Of a DNA stretch of 64,000 bases, positions 26,935 through 35,645 are shown piece by piece. Source of the DNA: Chitinophagaceae bacterium (GTDB taxonomy: Bacteria > Bacteroidota > Bacteroidia > Chitinophagales > Chitinophagaceae); NCBI GenBank assembly GCA_031401115.1, contig JANNRE010000018.1, positions 74,233 to 138,232 of the forward strand. The letters are read 5' to 3'. The translations under genes were made by a program, and so were the position numbers. Under the pieces are notes generated by a model, which worked only from the letters and a program-made list of their open reading frames with translations, did not search any database and was not told the origin of the DNA. Numbering within the stretch: the stretch's first letter is position 1; each line of letters begins with the position of its first letter.

Positions 26935-28231
26935 GTTGCTCAGAAATTGTTTCGTGAATTGGAATAATGGGGTAAACTCTTGCAAAAAAAGTAATTACGA
27001 GTAATGCGCCGGAAAGAGAACCAATGGCTATGGCCCACTCTTCCCAACTGGGAAAGTAATAATGATAACTTTCAGGTACATCCTGCATTGGTAAAAAAGG
27101 ATGCAGTAAAGTGGGGGTTACAATGAGGTAACGTTTAAACCATGCACCAACCACAATCATTATGCCTGCAATAAACATGGGGAGTGGCTTTCTTCCTTTT
27201 TTAAATAAAAGTATAATGATGGGAATAATCATTCCAACGATTATGGCAAACCAAAACATTACCGCATACTCGCCGGTAAACAATCCTGTTAAATGCGCCT
27301 CTTCCGATTTTTTCATTTTAAACGCAGGAACCAAATATTCATTAACATTAAAATACAAATAAAGAAGAGCAAGCATTACCACAATTCTTCCCATTTTTTC
27401 AAAATGCATTTCAGTAATATATTTTTCCAGCTTATAATAGTTTCGAAAAACATACATGGCTACTACCACACCGCCTGCACCTACCAAAAAAGCACCTGAA
27501 ATAAAATAAGCCCCAAAATTTGTACTGTCCCATCCAGCCCGGTACGTGGTTGCAAACAACCAGGATGTAACAGTGTGGATACTAAAAGCAACTGGTATAA
27601 TGGTAATGCACAGAATGGTAATAGCTTTCTCGCTTACTTTAAATTGTTCTTTTGTGCCTTGCCAAAAAGAACCCTGAAACTTATATAATTTATGTAATGC
27701 ATTGCCAGATTTCTCTTTGAACCTAAGCAGTATTTTAAGGTCGGGCAACAAAGGGAAATACAATAGTAATAAACTAATGCAGAAATAAGTACCAATAACG
27801 ATTACATCCCACATAATGGGAGATTGAATACGGCCATGTATAAATAAATTCAACATCCTTTCTGGACGACCCATGTCCACAATAATAATAAGTGAAGCAA
27901 ATACAATGGCAGATACAGCAATTATTTCGGATATACGTGTAAGTGGTGTTGCCCACTTTACATTAGCCAGTCTGAATATGGCCGTGATAAGGGAACCCAC
28001 TAAACTAATAGCCACAAAAAAAACAAAATTTGAAATGTAAATACCCCAGGAAACATAGTCGCCCATGTTGGTTACTGCCAGTCCGTACCTTAATTGACGG
28101 TAATATGCAAATGCTCCTATGAGGCATAGAACAATAAGTACCATTGTCCATATTTTACCACGCCTACCAAATTTTTGGGGTAAAAGATCAAGGGTTATTT
28201 GGTCATTTACTTTTGAAGATGAATTTTCCAC
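26912..28231 (-). CDS. NrfD/PsrC/ActC-family integral membrane quinol-interacting subunit
   Basis: WGIYISNFVFF, DMGRPER, SPIMWDV, HTVTSWLF and GWDST..GAYFISGA; about 10 TM helices. Confidence 0.9.
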   Translation of the reverse strand: MENSSSKVNDQITLDLLPQKFGRRGKIWTMVLIVLCLIGAFAYYRQLRYGLAVTNMGDYVSWGIYISNFVFFVAISLVGSLITAIFRLANVKWATPLTRISEIIAVSAIVFASLIIIVDMGRPERMLNLFIHGRIQSPIMWDVIVIGTYFCISLLLLYFPLLPDLKILLRFKEKSGNALHKLYKFQGSFWQGTKEQFKVSEKAITILCITIIPVAFSIHTVTSWLFATTYRAGWDSTNFGAYFISGAFLVGAGGVVVAMYVFRNYYKLEKYITEMHFEKMGRIVVMLALLYLYFNVNEYLVPAFKMKKSEEAHLTGLFTGEYAVMFWFAIIVGMIIPIIILLFKKGRKPLPMFIAGIMIVVGAWFKRYLIVTPTLLHPFLPMQDVPESYHYYFPSWEEWAIAIGSLSGALLVITFFARVYPIIPIHETISEQHEKDEKK

Positions 28232-28242
28232 AATGAAAATTT

Positions 28243-29208
28243 TTAATGATGTTGTTTATCAGCAGGGGTTTCATTTTCCAATCCGGATTCATAAGGGAAA
28301 TTGCGGTTTGCAGGTGGCAGGTAATACACACTTGGCTTTGTACCCAAATCTTCCATAAGCCTGTAGCCAGCTTTATCTTTTATTAAATCGCTAAAGCGAA
28401 ATGTTTCTGCCCCATTTGTTACTGAGTCTTCATTCATATCGCCAAACATAAAAACACCGTTGGGGCAGGCAGATACACAATGCGGCAGTTCGCCCTTTCG
28501 TGCCATATCAGGGCAGAAATCGCATTTACTAACGGTACCAATTTTTTGTGGCATACTGGTTTCGCAAGAGTAATGCTGTACAGCAACCGCTTCTTCAAGT
28601 ATTGGTTCCTGCCAGTTAAAAACTCTGGTTGAATATGGACAGGCAGCCATACAGAAACGGCAACCAATACACCTGTCACTATCAATTAAAACTATCCCAT
28701 CCTGCCTTTTAAAAGTTGCATCAACCGGACAAACTTTTACACAAGGTGGTTCATCGCAATGCATACAGGTTGTGGGCTGCCAATAAGGAGCAGTTTGATC
28801 AGCATCCTGCATAGAAAGAACTTTTATCCAATTTTGTCCCGGGTTTAATCCGTGTGCATGGTTGCAGGCTGTTTTGCAAGCGCCCACATTTTTACACCTG
28901 CCAAGATCAATAACCATTACAAATTTTTTGCCTTCAATCCCTTTTCTTTCTTCGCTATTTGAAATCTTTGGTAAATCGGGTACAGGTTTTAAAAATGCTT
29001 TATCTATTTCAATAATCTCACCATCAACTGATAATAATTTCACTTTTTCACCTGATGCCTTTACATGCTCACCAGCATAATCTTCAAAAGGATTTTTTGG
29101 GGAGTTGCAACCCACAGCGGCCATTGTTGCCAGCAAACCAGTAAGCAGAAATTCTTTTCTTGAATTCGTATTGTTACATCCGTTTTCCTTATTGCAGTTA
29201 CAACTCAT
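28243..29208 (-). CDS. 4Fe-4S dicluster protein (NrfC/DsrO/QrcC-like), putative Tat lipoprotein
   Basis: SRKEFL + AAVG-C signal; CKNVGACKTAC, CMHCDEPPCVKVCP, CIGCRFCMAACP and KCDFC...PHCVSACP. Confidence 0.92.
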   Translation of the reverse strand: MSCNCNKENGCNNTNSRKEFLLTGLLATMAAVGCNSPKNPFEDYAGEHVKASGEKVKLLSVDGEIIEIDKAFLKPVPDLPKISNSEERKGIEGKKFVMVIDLGRCKNVGACKTACNHAHGLNPGQNWIKVLSMQDADQTAPYWQPTTCMHCDEPPCVKVCPVDATFKRQDGIVLIDSDRCIGCRFCMAACPYSTRVFNWQEPILEEAVAVQHYSCETSMPQKIGTVSKCDFCPDMARKGELPHCVSACPNGVFMFGDMNEDSVTNGAETFRFSDLIKDKAGYRLMEDLGTKPSVYYLPPANRNFPYESGLENETPADKQHH

Positions 29209-29234
29209 AATAAAATAATTTAATAGTAATTGAT

Positions 29235-29474
29235 TTATTTCTTAATCCAATTCTGCAATTCTTCATTACTGATTTTTTTAGCCCCAGCAGTCAACAGATT
29301 TTTATTAATTTCAACAAGTTTCCCTTCACTCGTAAGCATCTTAACTGTATCAGTTTCTGATTCAGTTTTTTTCTTACCACCAGTAATAAATTTTAGCAAT
29401 GTAATAGAAGAGAGAAGAGCAGCACCCCAGAGCAGGAATTTTTTTCTGGTGCCGGTTGATTTGTTTTGCTCCAT
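29235..29474 (-). CDS. Small membrane protein with Tat-like leader
   Basis: TRKKFL + TM helix, then VKMLTSEGKLVEINKNLL, which resembles VKLLSVDGEIIEIDKAFL of the downstream Fe-S protein. Confidence 0.75.
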   Translation of the reverse strand: MEQNKSTGTRKKFLLWGAALLSSITLLKFITGGKKKTESETDTVKMLTSEGKLVEINKNLLTAGAKKISNEELQNWIKK

Positions 29475-29549
29475 AAATAGTTTGTTATTTTAACAACACA
29501 AAGTAAAAAGCCTTAACTATTTTAAAGACAATTGAACTCATATACAACT

Positions 29550-29563
29550 ATGATTATCATCAT
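29550..29563. promoter_or_regulatory. FNR/CRP-like palindromic box ATGAT-N4-ATCAT
   Basis: Perfect palindrome ATGAT-TATC-ATCAT, 76 nt upstream of the operon starting at 29474. Confidence 0.55.
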
Positions 29564-29581
29564 GTAATTCAATTGGACTAT

Positions 29582-29626
29582 AATACAAAAGACCGGTTTG
29601 GAATTTCCAAACCGGTCTTTTGTATT
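29582..29626 (-). terminator. Terminator hairpin (22-bp perfect inverted repeat)
   Basis: AATACAAAAGACCGGTTTGGAA-T-TTCCAAACCGGTCTTTTGTATT, just downstream of the cytochrome c stop. Confidence 0.8.
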
Positions 29627-29638
29627 TTAATAAGTGGT

Positions 29639-30058
29639 TTACTTTTTTAATGTTCTCATAAAATTAACAACACTCCACCTGTCATCTTCATCAGGTATTT
29701 TCTTTTTGAAACTTGGCATATCATCACGGCCTTCTGATGTTTTATAAAACAAACTGCCGTCAGTCTGGGATTGAAAAGCTGCTTTTGAAAAATCGCCTGC
29801 CTCTGTTTTTAATTGGGCAGCCTTGGGGCCATCCCCCAAACCCTTAGTACCATGGCAGGATTTACAATGTGTGCCATACAGGGCCTTACCTGTGGCAATA
29901 GTCTGGGCAACTGAGGCTACAGGGTTTTTCTTATTTTTAGCAACATCCGGAACCACCCATGGATCTTGCAGAGTAGAAGATGTAAATCCAGAAATAAATG
30001 TGAACGAAAACATTCCCGATATGATTAAAGCAACTGTAACAAGAAGATTCTTTTTCAT
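29639..30058 (-). CDS. Monoheme cytochrome c
   Basis: Signal peptide, NPV..., CKSCH heme motif, GDGP and distal Met in DDMPSF. Confidence 0.92.
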   Translation of the reverse strand: MKKNLLVTVALIISGMFSFTFISGFTSSTLQDPWVVPDVAKNKKNPVASVAQTIATGKALYGTHCKSCHGTKGLGDGPKAAQLKTEAGDFSKAAFQSQTDGSLFYKTSEGRDDMPSFKKKIPDEDDRWSVVNFMRTLKK

Positions 30059-30162
30059 AATAACTATTTTGTTTTAAAAGTTTTAATTAATTGAATTACC
30101 TAATTTCAGAAGGCAATTTAAAAGAACTACCCTGCAATGACGCTGATATTGGAAACTAAGTT

Positions 30163-30180
30163 GTATGATTGTTGTCATAC
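30163..30180. promoter_or_regulatory. FNR/CRP-like palindromic box
   Basis: GTATGAT-TGTT-GTCATAC, about 105 nt upstream of the cytochrome c ATG. Confidence 0.55.
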
Positions 30181-30237
30181 AATTTTTTAAAAAACCTATA
30201 TTATCTACTCAATTTTTATGATAGCTATATCGTTCTG

Positions 30238-30765
30238 TTATTTTTCAAAATAAAAACCAAGGAAAGTATCAATATTCATCATATCTGTAAGTTCCGGTTC
30301 TTTTTTCCCATCGAATAAAAATATTCCACAGATATCACCTTTTGTGTTCAAATCTATAATAGTGCTTGTTTTATTCATTTTAACAAATTGCAGAAACCTG
30401 TGTGTTGAGGTTTCAATTATATGAATTTTTGGCCAGTACTGCTTCATCACCATTTGTGCATTTCTCATTTGAAAAAAGCAATCATGCATGTTGCTTTCAA
30501 ATTGATTTTCATCACTTAACCCCTTTATTTTTTGCAGTTGCAGGCTATCGGAGTTATAAAAAACGGCAGATGGGTAAGTGATTACTAGCGTATCCTCAAA
30601 ACTGCCTGGTGGTTTTCTTCGATTGGTATCCTGCTGTTGAAAATTTGAATTTTGCGAAATTTTATTCCGTTTTTTTTCTATGCAGGCACTGTAAAGAATA
30701 AAACAAAATAAAAAAAACCACCAACCTGAAAAATATATTTTACGTTTTACTGTAACCTTATGCAT
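30238..30765 (-). CDS. Hypothetical lipoprotein
   Basis: Hydrophobic leader ending YSA-C; 175-aa ORF. Confidence 0.65.
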   Translation of the reverse strand: MHKVTVKRKIYFSGWWFFLFCFILYSACIEKKRNKISQNSNFQQQDTNRRKPPGSFEDTLVITYPSAVFYNSDSLQLQKIKGLSDENQFESNMHDCFFQMRNAQMVMKQYWPKIHIIETSTHRFLQFVKMNKTSTIIDLNTKGDICGIFLFDGKKEPELTDMMNIDTFLGFYFEK

Positions 30766-30805
30766 AAATAAATTTAAATATACAAACTAAGTATTTTGAA
30801 TTGAT

Positions 30806-30833
30806 AAGAGCCCCGTAAATAATTACAGGGCTC
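30806..30833 (-). terminator. Possible terminator after the DUF5777 gene
   Basis: GAGCCC-cGTAA...TTACa-GGGCTC hairpin. Confidence 0.45.
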
Positions 30834-30875
30834 GTTTACTACGTTGATTTAGTAGTTATTCAATTTTTATCTTTC

Positions 30876-31895
30876 TTAATAATTCCATAAACGGGTAATA
30901 TTAAACCCAATCAAGAATCGACCACCCGGCACTTCTGTATTTGTTGATTTATCAGTATACTTAAACGGATTATTTCTGTTAAACATATTATTGATAGAAG
31001 GGTTTAGATAATAGTAATTGGTAAAAAATAACTGGAAGGAGTGGCTGCTTGTATTAAATTCCAATCCAAAAGACAGGCTTGGGTTAGGGTTGCTGGTAGC
31101 ATGTTTGGTAATTGGCTGATCATAATTTACCATTACCGATGTTACATTAGTTAATTTATACCTTGCAGAAAGTGCTACAGCAAAATGATCAAACTTCATA
31201 GAAGGATTTATTTTCAAAGTAGAATCATTTAACTTGGTAAAATAGCCATTCACTACGTTTTGATGCGAAACACTTGGTGCTACCTGAACAGATAACTTCT
31301 CTGTAACTTTTCGGGCAATCAACACTTGATTAAAATAGTTGAGGCGATCACTTGAGTATCTGTAAATTTCCTTATTCGGATCTTTCTTGTCGTTATAAGC
31401 AACATTCACATAATAACTTACACTAACTGGGTATTTCCCTTTCGTTTGTGTAATAATTGCATATTTCAAATTTACATCCCACAATGGGCCTGAAATTGAT
31501 GAAGTAGTTGCTCCCGGAATAACTGCAGCAGTTGTTTTTGTAAATCCGATTCCAACATTCAATTTATTTACAGGAACATAATTAAACCCGATGCGGATAT
31601 TTGATGGTGCAAAGAAACCCCAAAAATCTTCGTAGCCATTATTCCAAGTGCCAAATCGATGCATGATATCCATTTCCAATGTTTTTTTAACAGGAACCAT
31701 CACGGTTTGGTTATCGCTAATCCATATACTCTGAAATGTATTTTTAACGGGTTTTACTTTAACTGGTTCTGGTTTATCAGCTACTTCCTGCAGTGAATCC
31801 TGTGCCTGTAACCCGGTATTTAAAAGGAACACGCAAATAGATAGCAATGTTGCCGGCTTCAACCAACTTTTCGCTTTATATAATATAAGTTTCAT
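30876..31895 (-). CDS. DUF5777 family outer-membrane beta-barrel
   Basis: Signal peptide, HRFG, NIRIGF, QVLIARK, HSFQLFFTN and C-terminal GFNITRLW (aromatic end). Confidence 0.8.
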   Translation of the reverse strand: MKLILYKAKSWLKPATLLSICVFLLNTGLQAQDSLQEVADKPEPVKVKPVKNTFQSIWISDNQTVMVPVKKTLEMDIMHRFGTWNNGYEDFWGFFAPSNIRIGFNYVPVNKLNVGIGFTKTTAAVIPGATTSSISGPLWDVNLKYAIITQTKGKYPVSVSYYVNVAYNDKKDPNKEIYRYSSDRLNYFNQVLIARKVTEKLSVQVAPSVSHQNVVNGYFTKLNDSTLKINPSMKFDHFAVALSARYKLTNVTSVMVNYDQPITKHATSNPNPSLSFGLEFNTSSHSFQLFFTNYYYLNPSINNMFNRNNPFKYTDKSTNTEVPGGRFLIGFNITRLWNY

Positions 31896-31916
31896 TTGAT
31901 TTATTTTTTAAGTCAA

Positions 31917-32309
31917 TTAATTTTTTGGTGCACCGTTGCGAATCCAGTCATACACTTTTTGTTGATTTGCTTTAACGGGGCTTGGCATATACTGTGCCAT
32001 TTCACCAGTGATCAATTGATACAGCTTGCTTTTTTTAGGATCTGTTAGGTTAACAAAACCCCCATTTACAATTTCTGAATAAGAAACTGAACTTATAAGA
32101 GAAGGGCTATGAGCTCCTGAAACATGGCATCCTGCAAGAGCACAATTCGCACTAAAGATTGGTGCTAACTCATTTTGAAAACTTACCTGTTGAGCTGGAA
32201 GATCATCTGGACCTGAGGCTATTTCTGGCTTAATAATATCCTTGTAACAACTAAATAAAGTAATCATTAAAGTAAGCAGCGCACTTATATAAATAGTTTT
32301 TCGTTTCAT
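31917..32309 (-). CDS. Lipoprotein cytochrome c-like protein (CxxxxCH, Planctomycete cytochrome C-like)
   Basis: Lipobox LFS-C; VSFQNELAPIF..NCALAGCH, P..SKL, YMP and WIRNGA. Confidence 0.75.
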   Translation of the reverse strand: MKRKTIYISALLTLMITLFSCYKDIIKPEIASGPDDLPAQQVSFQNELAPIFSANCALAGCHVSGAHSPSLISSVSYSEIVNGGFVNLTDPKKSKLYQLITGEMAQYMPSPVKANQQKVYDWIRNGAPKN

Positions 32310-32329
32310 GATCGTTGATTTTTGATAAA

Positions 32330-33145
32330 TTATTTATTATTAAAATTCATGTTGCATTCAATGTTAATGTTGTCTGCAATACTTGTACTACTTATACCAA
32401 ACTCACGGCAATTGAAACTAAATTTTAATTGAAGTCCAAAAACATCATATGGGGATCCAGTTGCAGGAGTTACTGTTTTTTTGCTTACATAACTAAGTTT
32501 ACCAATAATAGATTTTGTAATGGGTACCAGCGCTACAGTGGGGCTATATTTATTATGCCAAGTAAGATCTAATGTTACAATATAACCGTTGCTACTGGGA
32601 TCGAATTCTACCTTGGTGGTTCTAATCTTGGCCAAATTGGTATCAACAAGATTTTGGAATCCTGATCTGATAGCTATGGTATTCATACCAGCTACATTAC
32701 AACCTGCATCACGGCCAGGCTCTCCTGTATTAGAAGTATTGATCTGAACATAGCCATTGAAATAAGTTTTGCTCGGATCATTTTCATAAAAAGCCCATGA
32801 ACTATCTTTTAGTGGTTGCCCTGTAACAGCATAAGCTAACATTTTATCAGTTGTTACATTGTGCATACCAAACTGGTTAAAACGACCAGTTAAAAGGCCA
32901 GCCGCTCCTACATAATCTGTTGACCAAAGCACACTTGAGTGCGACTTATCCATTTTCCATTCAGTAGCATTTCCAGCAGTCATATTACCAGGCAAATGAA
33001 CATTAGAACCTCTTGTTGCAACAAATGGTTTGTTTAGTTGAATGGGAACAATTAAGTCATTATCACGGGTACAACTTACAATGTATCCCAGAAAACTTGT
33101 AAGGATTACAAATACCATCAGAATTTTACTACTTAGCAGTTTCAT
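32330..33145 (-). CDS. YceI-like lipoprotein
   Basis: Lipobox IVS-C; WKMDKSHSSV...LTGRFNQF and FNCREFGI match the YceI pattern (W.iD..HS.v...G.F; in R.dFG). Confidence 0.65.
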   Translation of the reverse strand: MKLLSSKILMVFVILTSFLGYIVSCTRDNDLIVPIQLNKPFVATRGSNVHLPGNMTAGNATEWKMDKSHSSVLWSTDYVGAAGLLTGRFNQFGMHNVTTDKMLAYAVTGQPLKDSSWAFYENDPSKTYFNGYVQINTSNTGEPGRDAGCNVAGMNTIAIRSGFQNLVDTNLAKIRTTKVEFDPSSNGYIVTLDLTWHNKYSPTVALVPITKSIIGKLSYVSKKTVTPATGSPYDVFGLQLKFSFNCREFGISSTSIADNINIECNMNFNNK

Positions 33146-33213
33146 AACATATTTTTTAAGTGACTAATATTTTAAATTCTTAGTAAAACTATTTCAGACT
33201 GGCCTAAGCATAT

Positions 33214-33249
33214 ATGACTTCCATCAAAAATGGAGGTGACATCAATCAT
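33214..33249. promoter_or_regulatory. Two tandem FNR/CRP-like boxes
   Basis: ATGAC-TTCC-ATCAA (33214-33227) and GTGAC-ATCA-ATCAT (33236-33249), upstream of the ATG at 33145. Confidence 0.5.
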
Positions 33250-33335
33250 AAAATAATAAATGGAGCGTATGAAAGAATACAACACTTTTTCATTAAATGT
33301 GTTGAAAAGGAAATGATACTATTTTGTAGAAGGAA

Positions 33336-33857
33336 TTAATTGATCTGTTTTGATTTCAGCTTCGATATTATAAAATCAACCAGACAAATAATAACAAAAG
33401 CAAAAAGGTTGATGAGCAGGCTGATGGAATAAATATGCATACCGTTTTTAACTGCATCGCTTTGATTTGACTGTAATGTTTCCTTAACAATGGATCCTGC
33501 AAAAAAAAAGAAAAATAATAAGCTATGCCACAAACTAAAAACTGTTTTTCTATTGAGCAGGGGAATAAAAAAAAGGAGAGAAAGAACACCCCATATTTTA
33601 AAAAAAGGCTGGTGAACTGAAAGCTGAATATTGTGTAAGCTATAATGGGGATATAAATTTTTGAGTAACAAACCAAGATATAACAAACCTGTAAATGCAT
33701 GTGAAACCGGCAGAAGTATTACACCCCTGTTGTAGAAAAAGCGTTTTACAAATTGAGTTGAACTAAAAAGATGTACAAGCAAATAAATAAAAGGATACCC
33801 GCAGAAAAAAGCTATTAATTCAAGCCTTTCTATGTAAGCAAAAAAATCAATACCCAT
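33336..33857 (-). CDS. Hypothetical integral membrane protein
   Basis: Four or five hydrophobic segments; in an operon with the upstream gene (4-nt gap). Confidence 0.7.
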   Translation of the reverse strand: MGIDFFAYIERLELIAFFCGYPFIYLLVHLFSSTQFVKRFFYNRGVILLPVSHAFTGLLYLGLLLKNLYPHYSLHNIQLSVHQPFFKIWGVLSLLFFIPLLNRKTVFSLWHSLLFFFFFAGSIVKETLQSNQSDAVKNGMHIYSISLLINLFAFVIICLVDFIISKLKSKQIN

Positions 33858-33861
33858 TTTT

Positions 33862-34656
33862 TTAAATAATCCCTTCTAAGGGAGTTTTTTTATTCCATCT
33901 TAAAAATCCAACCAACGCAAACAGTAAACACAAAACAGAGGAAATAATAGCTGTATAACCTACTGCAGCATTCGCATCAAACTGCCCTTTATAAATTCCA
34001 AACAAAGCCCATGCTGCTACCAGGCCAAAAGCAAATTCACCTTTTACATAAGTAAAAAAAACAGTGAGCAAAAAAGCAACCGTAATCATAATACAACTCC
34101 AGAGCCAGGGTTCAATTCCAAAACCATTCCATTGTGCATATATCAAAACGGCGGTGGCATTCGCAATAGTGGCCACACATATCCAGGCTAAATAAATTAC
34201 AAAGGGACTGTACAAAGTAAGCAGCGGCCATCCGGTAATAGAGGATCTGTTTACCTGCATCACTCTGTAAATTTTAATTAATGATCTTAAAAACCAAGCC
34301 ATAATTACTAAAGAAACGCCAACCATTAAATAATGCCAGGCAATAATCCAGCCTGCATTTAAAACACTGGTAAGCAAAAAGAGCGGAGCCACTTTATTTA
34401 TATGTTCACAAATGGGATCTTTTTTTTCTCCCTTCCACAATAACATGCCACTATACACAACCCATAAAAGCAGAAGCAAATAAATTACACTCCAAATACC
34501 GAATGTAAATCCGGCAGGTACAAACAGGTTCGGAAATAAAGCACTTACTTCTCCTGTGTTTAACCCGTTAATGGGTAAAATATTGGCGAGGGCATTCACA
34601 ACAATCATTGCAATAAAGAAAATGGGCTGCAGTACTGCAAGAGTTTTATTATTCAT
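33862..34656 (-). CDS. Tryptophan-rich sensory (TspO/MBR-like) membrane protein
   Basis: VNALAN..PING..TGEVS, FVPAGFTFGIWSVIY, NAGWI.AWHY and YLAWICVATIAN. Confidence 0.75.
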   Translation of the reverse strand: MNNKTLAVLQPIFFIAMIVVNALANILPINGLNTGEVSALFPNLFVPAGFTFGIWSVIYLLLLLWVVYSGMLLWKGEKKDPICEHINKVAPLFLLTSVLNAGWIIAWHYLMVGVSLVIMAWFLRSLIKIYRVMQVNRSSITGWPLLTLYSPFVIYLAWICVATIANATAVLIYAQWNGFGIEPWLWSCIMITVAFLLTVFFTYVKGEFAFGLVAAWALFGIYKGQFDANAAVGYTAIISSVLCLLFALVGFLRWNKKTPLEGII

Positions 34657-34668
34657 GATAGATTATTT

Positions 34669-35580
34669 TTATTTCCACAAAACATAGGCTTTTGCCAAAA
34701 ATGGCAAGAGCAATACAATTGCCACAGCCAATATACTATTAAAAATACAATAAGCTGTTATAGATAATGCCACTAAGTAAAACGGGTAAGCAAATGCGAT
34801 GACAACAAATAAAATACTATGGTAGTGTATAGGACCTTTAAAATTTTTTGCAAGCATTTTTACTGGTAGAAAAAAAAGTAGGTGTGTAATCACTCCCAGC
34901 ATTGCAGGTAAAAACAGTAAATATTTGTTTACACTTTTCTTTGGTTCTGCATGGATAGTTGACAATTGCTGCAATTGTTCTTCTGTTTCTTTGTTGATGT
35001 TTTGCATAACAATTGCCGTTTCTTCAATACCGTTTTTTACTTCTTTGCCAAAAGGTTTTCCAAAATTAATTTCCACTCCAAGCGGAAAATCAAAGAAGGA
35101 ATTATAACGCAGCCACACAGGAATTAATTGAACATCTACCCCATCTGCCCAACCCTGAACCATTAAACGGGGAGCTCCTTTTTTAAGTGGCACTTGCAAA
35201 GTGGTTTGGTAATTACAAAAGCCTTCAACAAAAATTAAAACATCTTCCCCTTTTAGTAAAACTTGTCTGCACAATTCAAATGTTACATCATTCTTGCCTA
35301 AATTTTCTTTTCCATCCCTTATACGGTAAATAGGAATCATATTTACTGATTGCAAAAGTTTTACTGCCCATTTTTTATGAAACACATCACCTCTTGTAAG
35401 AAAATGTACACGTTTCTTCATTAGAGAACCTACAAGTATAGCATCTAAAAAAGAATTGGGATGATTACAACCAATTACTAATGGAGTTTGAATAGCTGTT
35501 GCCTCCCTGTTGTAAACATAAAAGCGTTTACAAACAAGCCATGTAGTGAAATGAGTAAGCAGTTTTACAAGTAAGTACAT
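34669..35580 (-). CDS. 1-acyl-sn-glycerol-3-phosphate acyltransferase (PlsC family)
   Basis: NHPNSFLDA (HxxxxD), FVEG motif and C-terminal TM helices. Confidence 0.88.
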   Translation of the reverse strand: MYLLVKLLTHFTTWLVCKRFYVYNREATAIQTPLVIGCNHPNSFLDAILVGSLMKKRVHFLTRGDVFHKKWAVKLLQSVNMIPIYRIRDGKENLGKNDVTFELCRQVLLKGEDVLIFVEGFCNYQTTLQVPLKKGAPRLMVQGWADGVDVQLIPVWLRYNSFFDFPLGVEINFGKPFGKEVKNGIEETAIVMQNINKETEEQLQQLSTIHAEPKKSVNKYLLFLPAMLGVITHLLFFLPVKMLAKNFKGPIHYHSILFVVIAFAYPFYLVALSITAYCIFNSILAVAIVLLLPFLAKAYVLWK

Positions 35581-35645
35581 GGAGGAAGATATATGAGTGA
35601 AAATTAAGATAAAATCAAGTAACTTCCTTTTCTAAAACTACCGCC

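Noticed and set aside
26912-30058. Canonical alternative complex III, polysulfide reductase or Nrf operon
   Set aside because: No ActA/NrfA multiheme cytochrome, molybdopterin-fold subunit or ActD/E/F is present.
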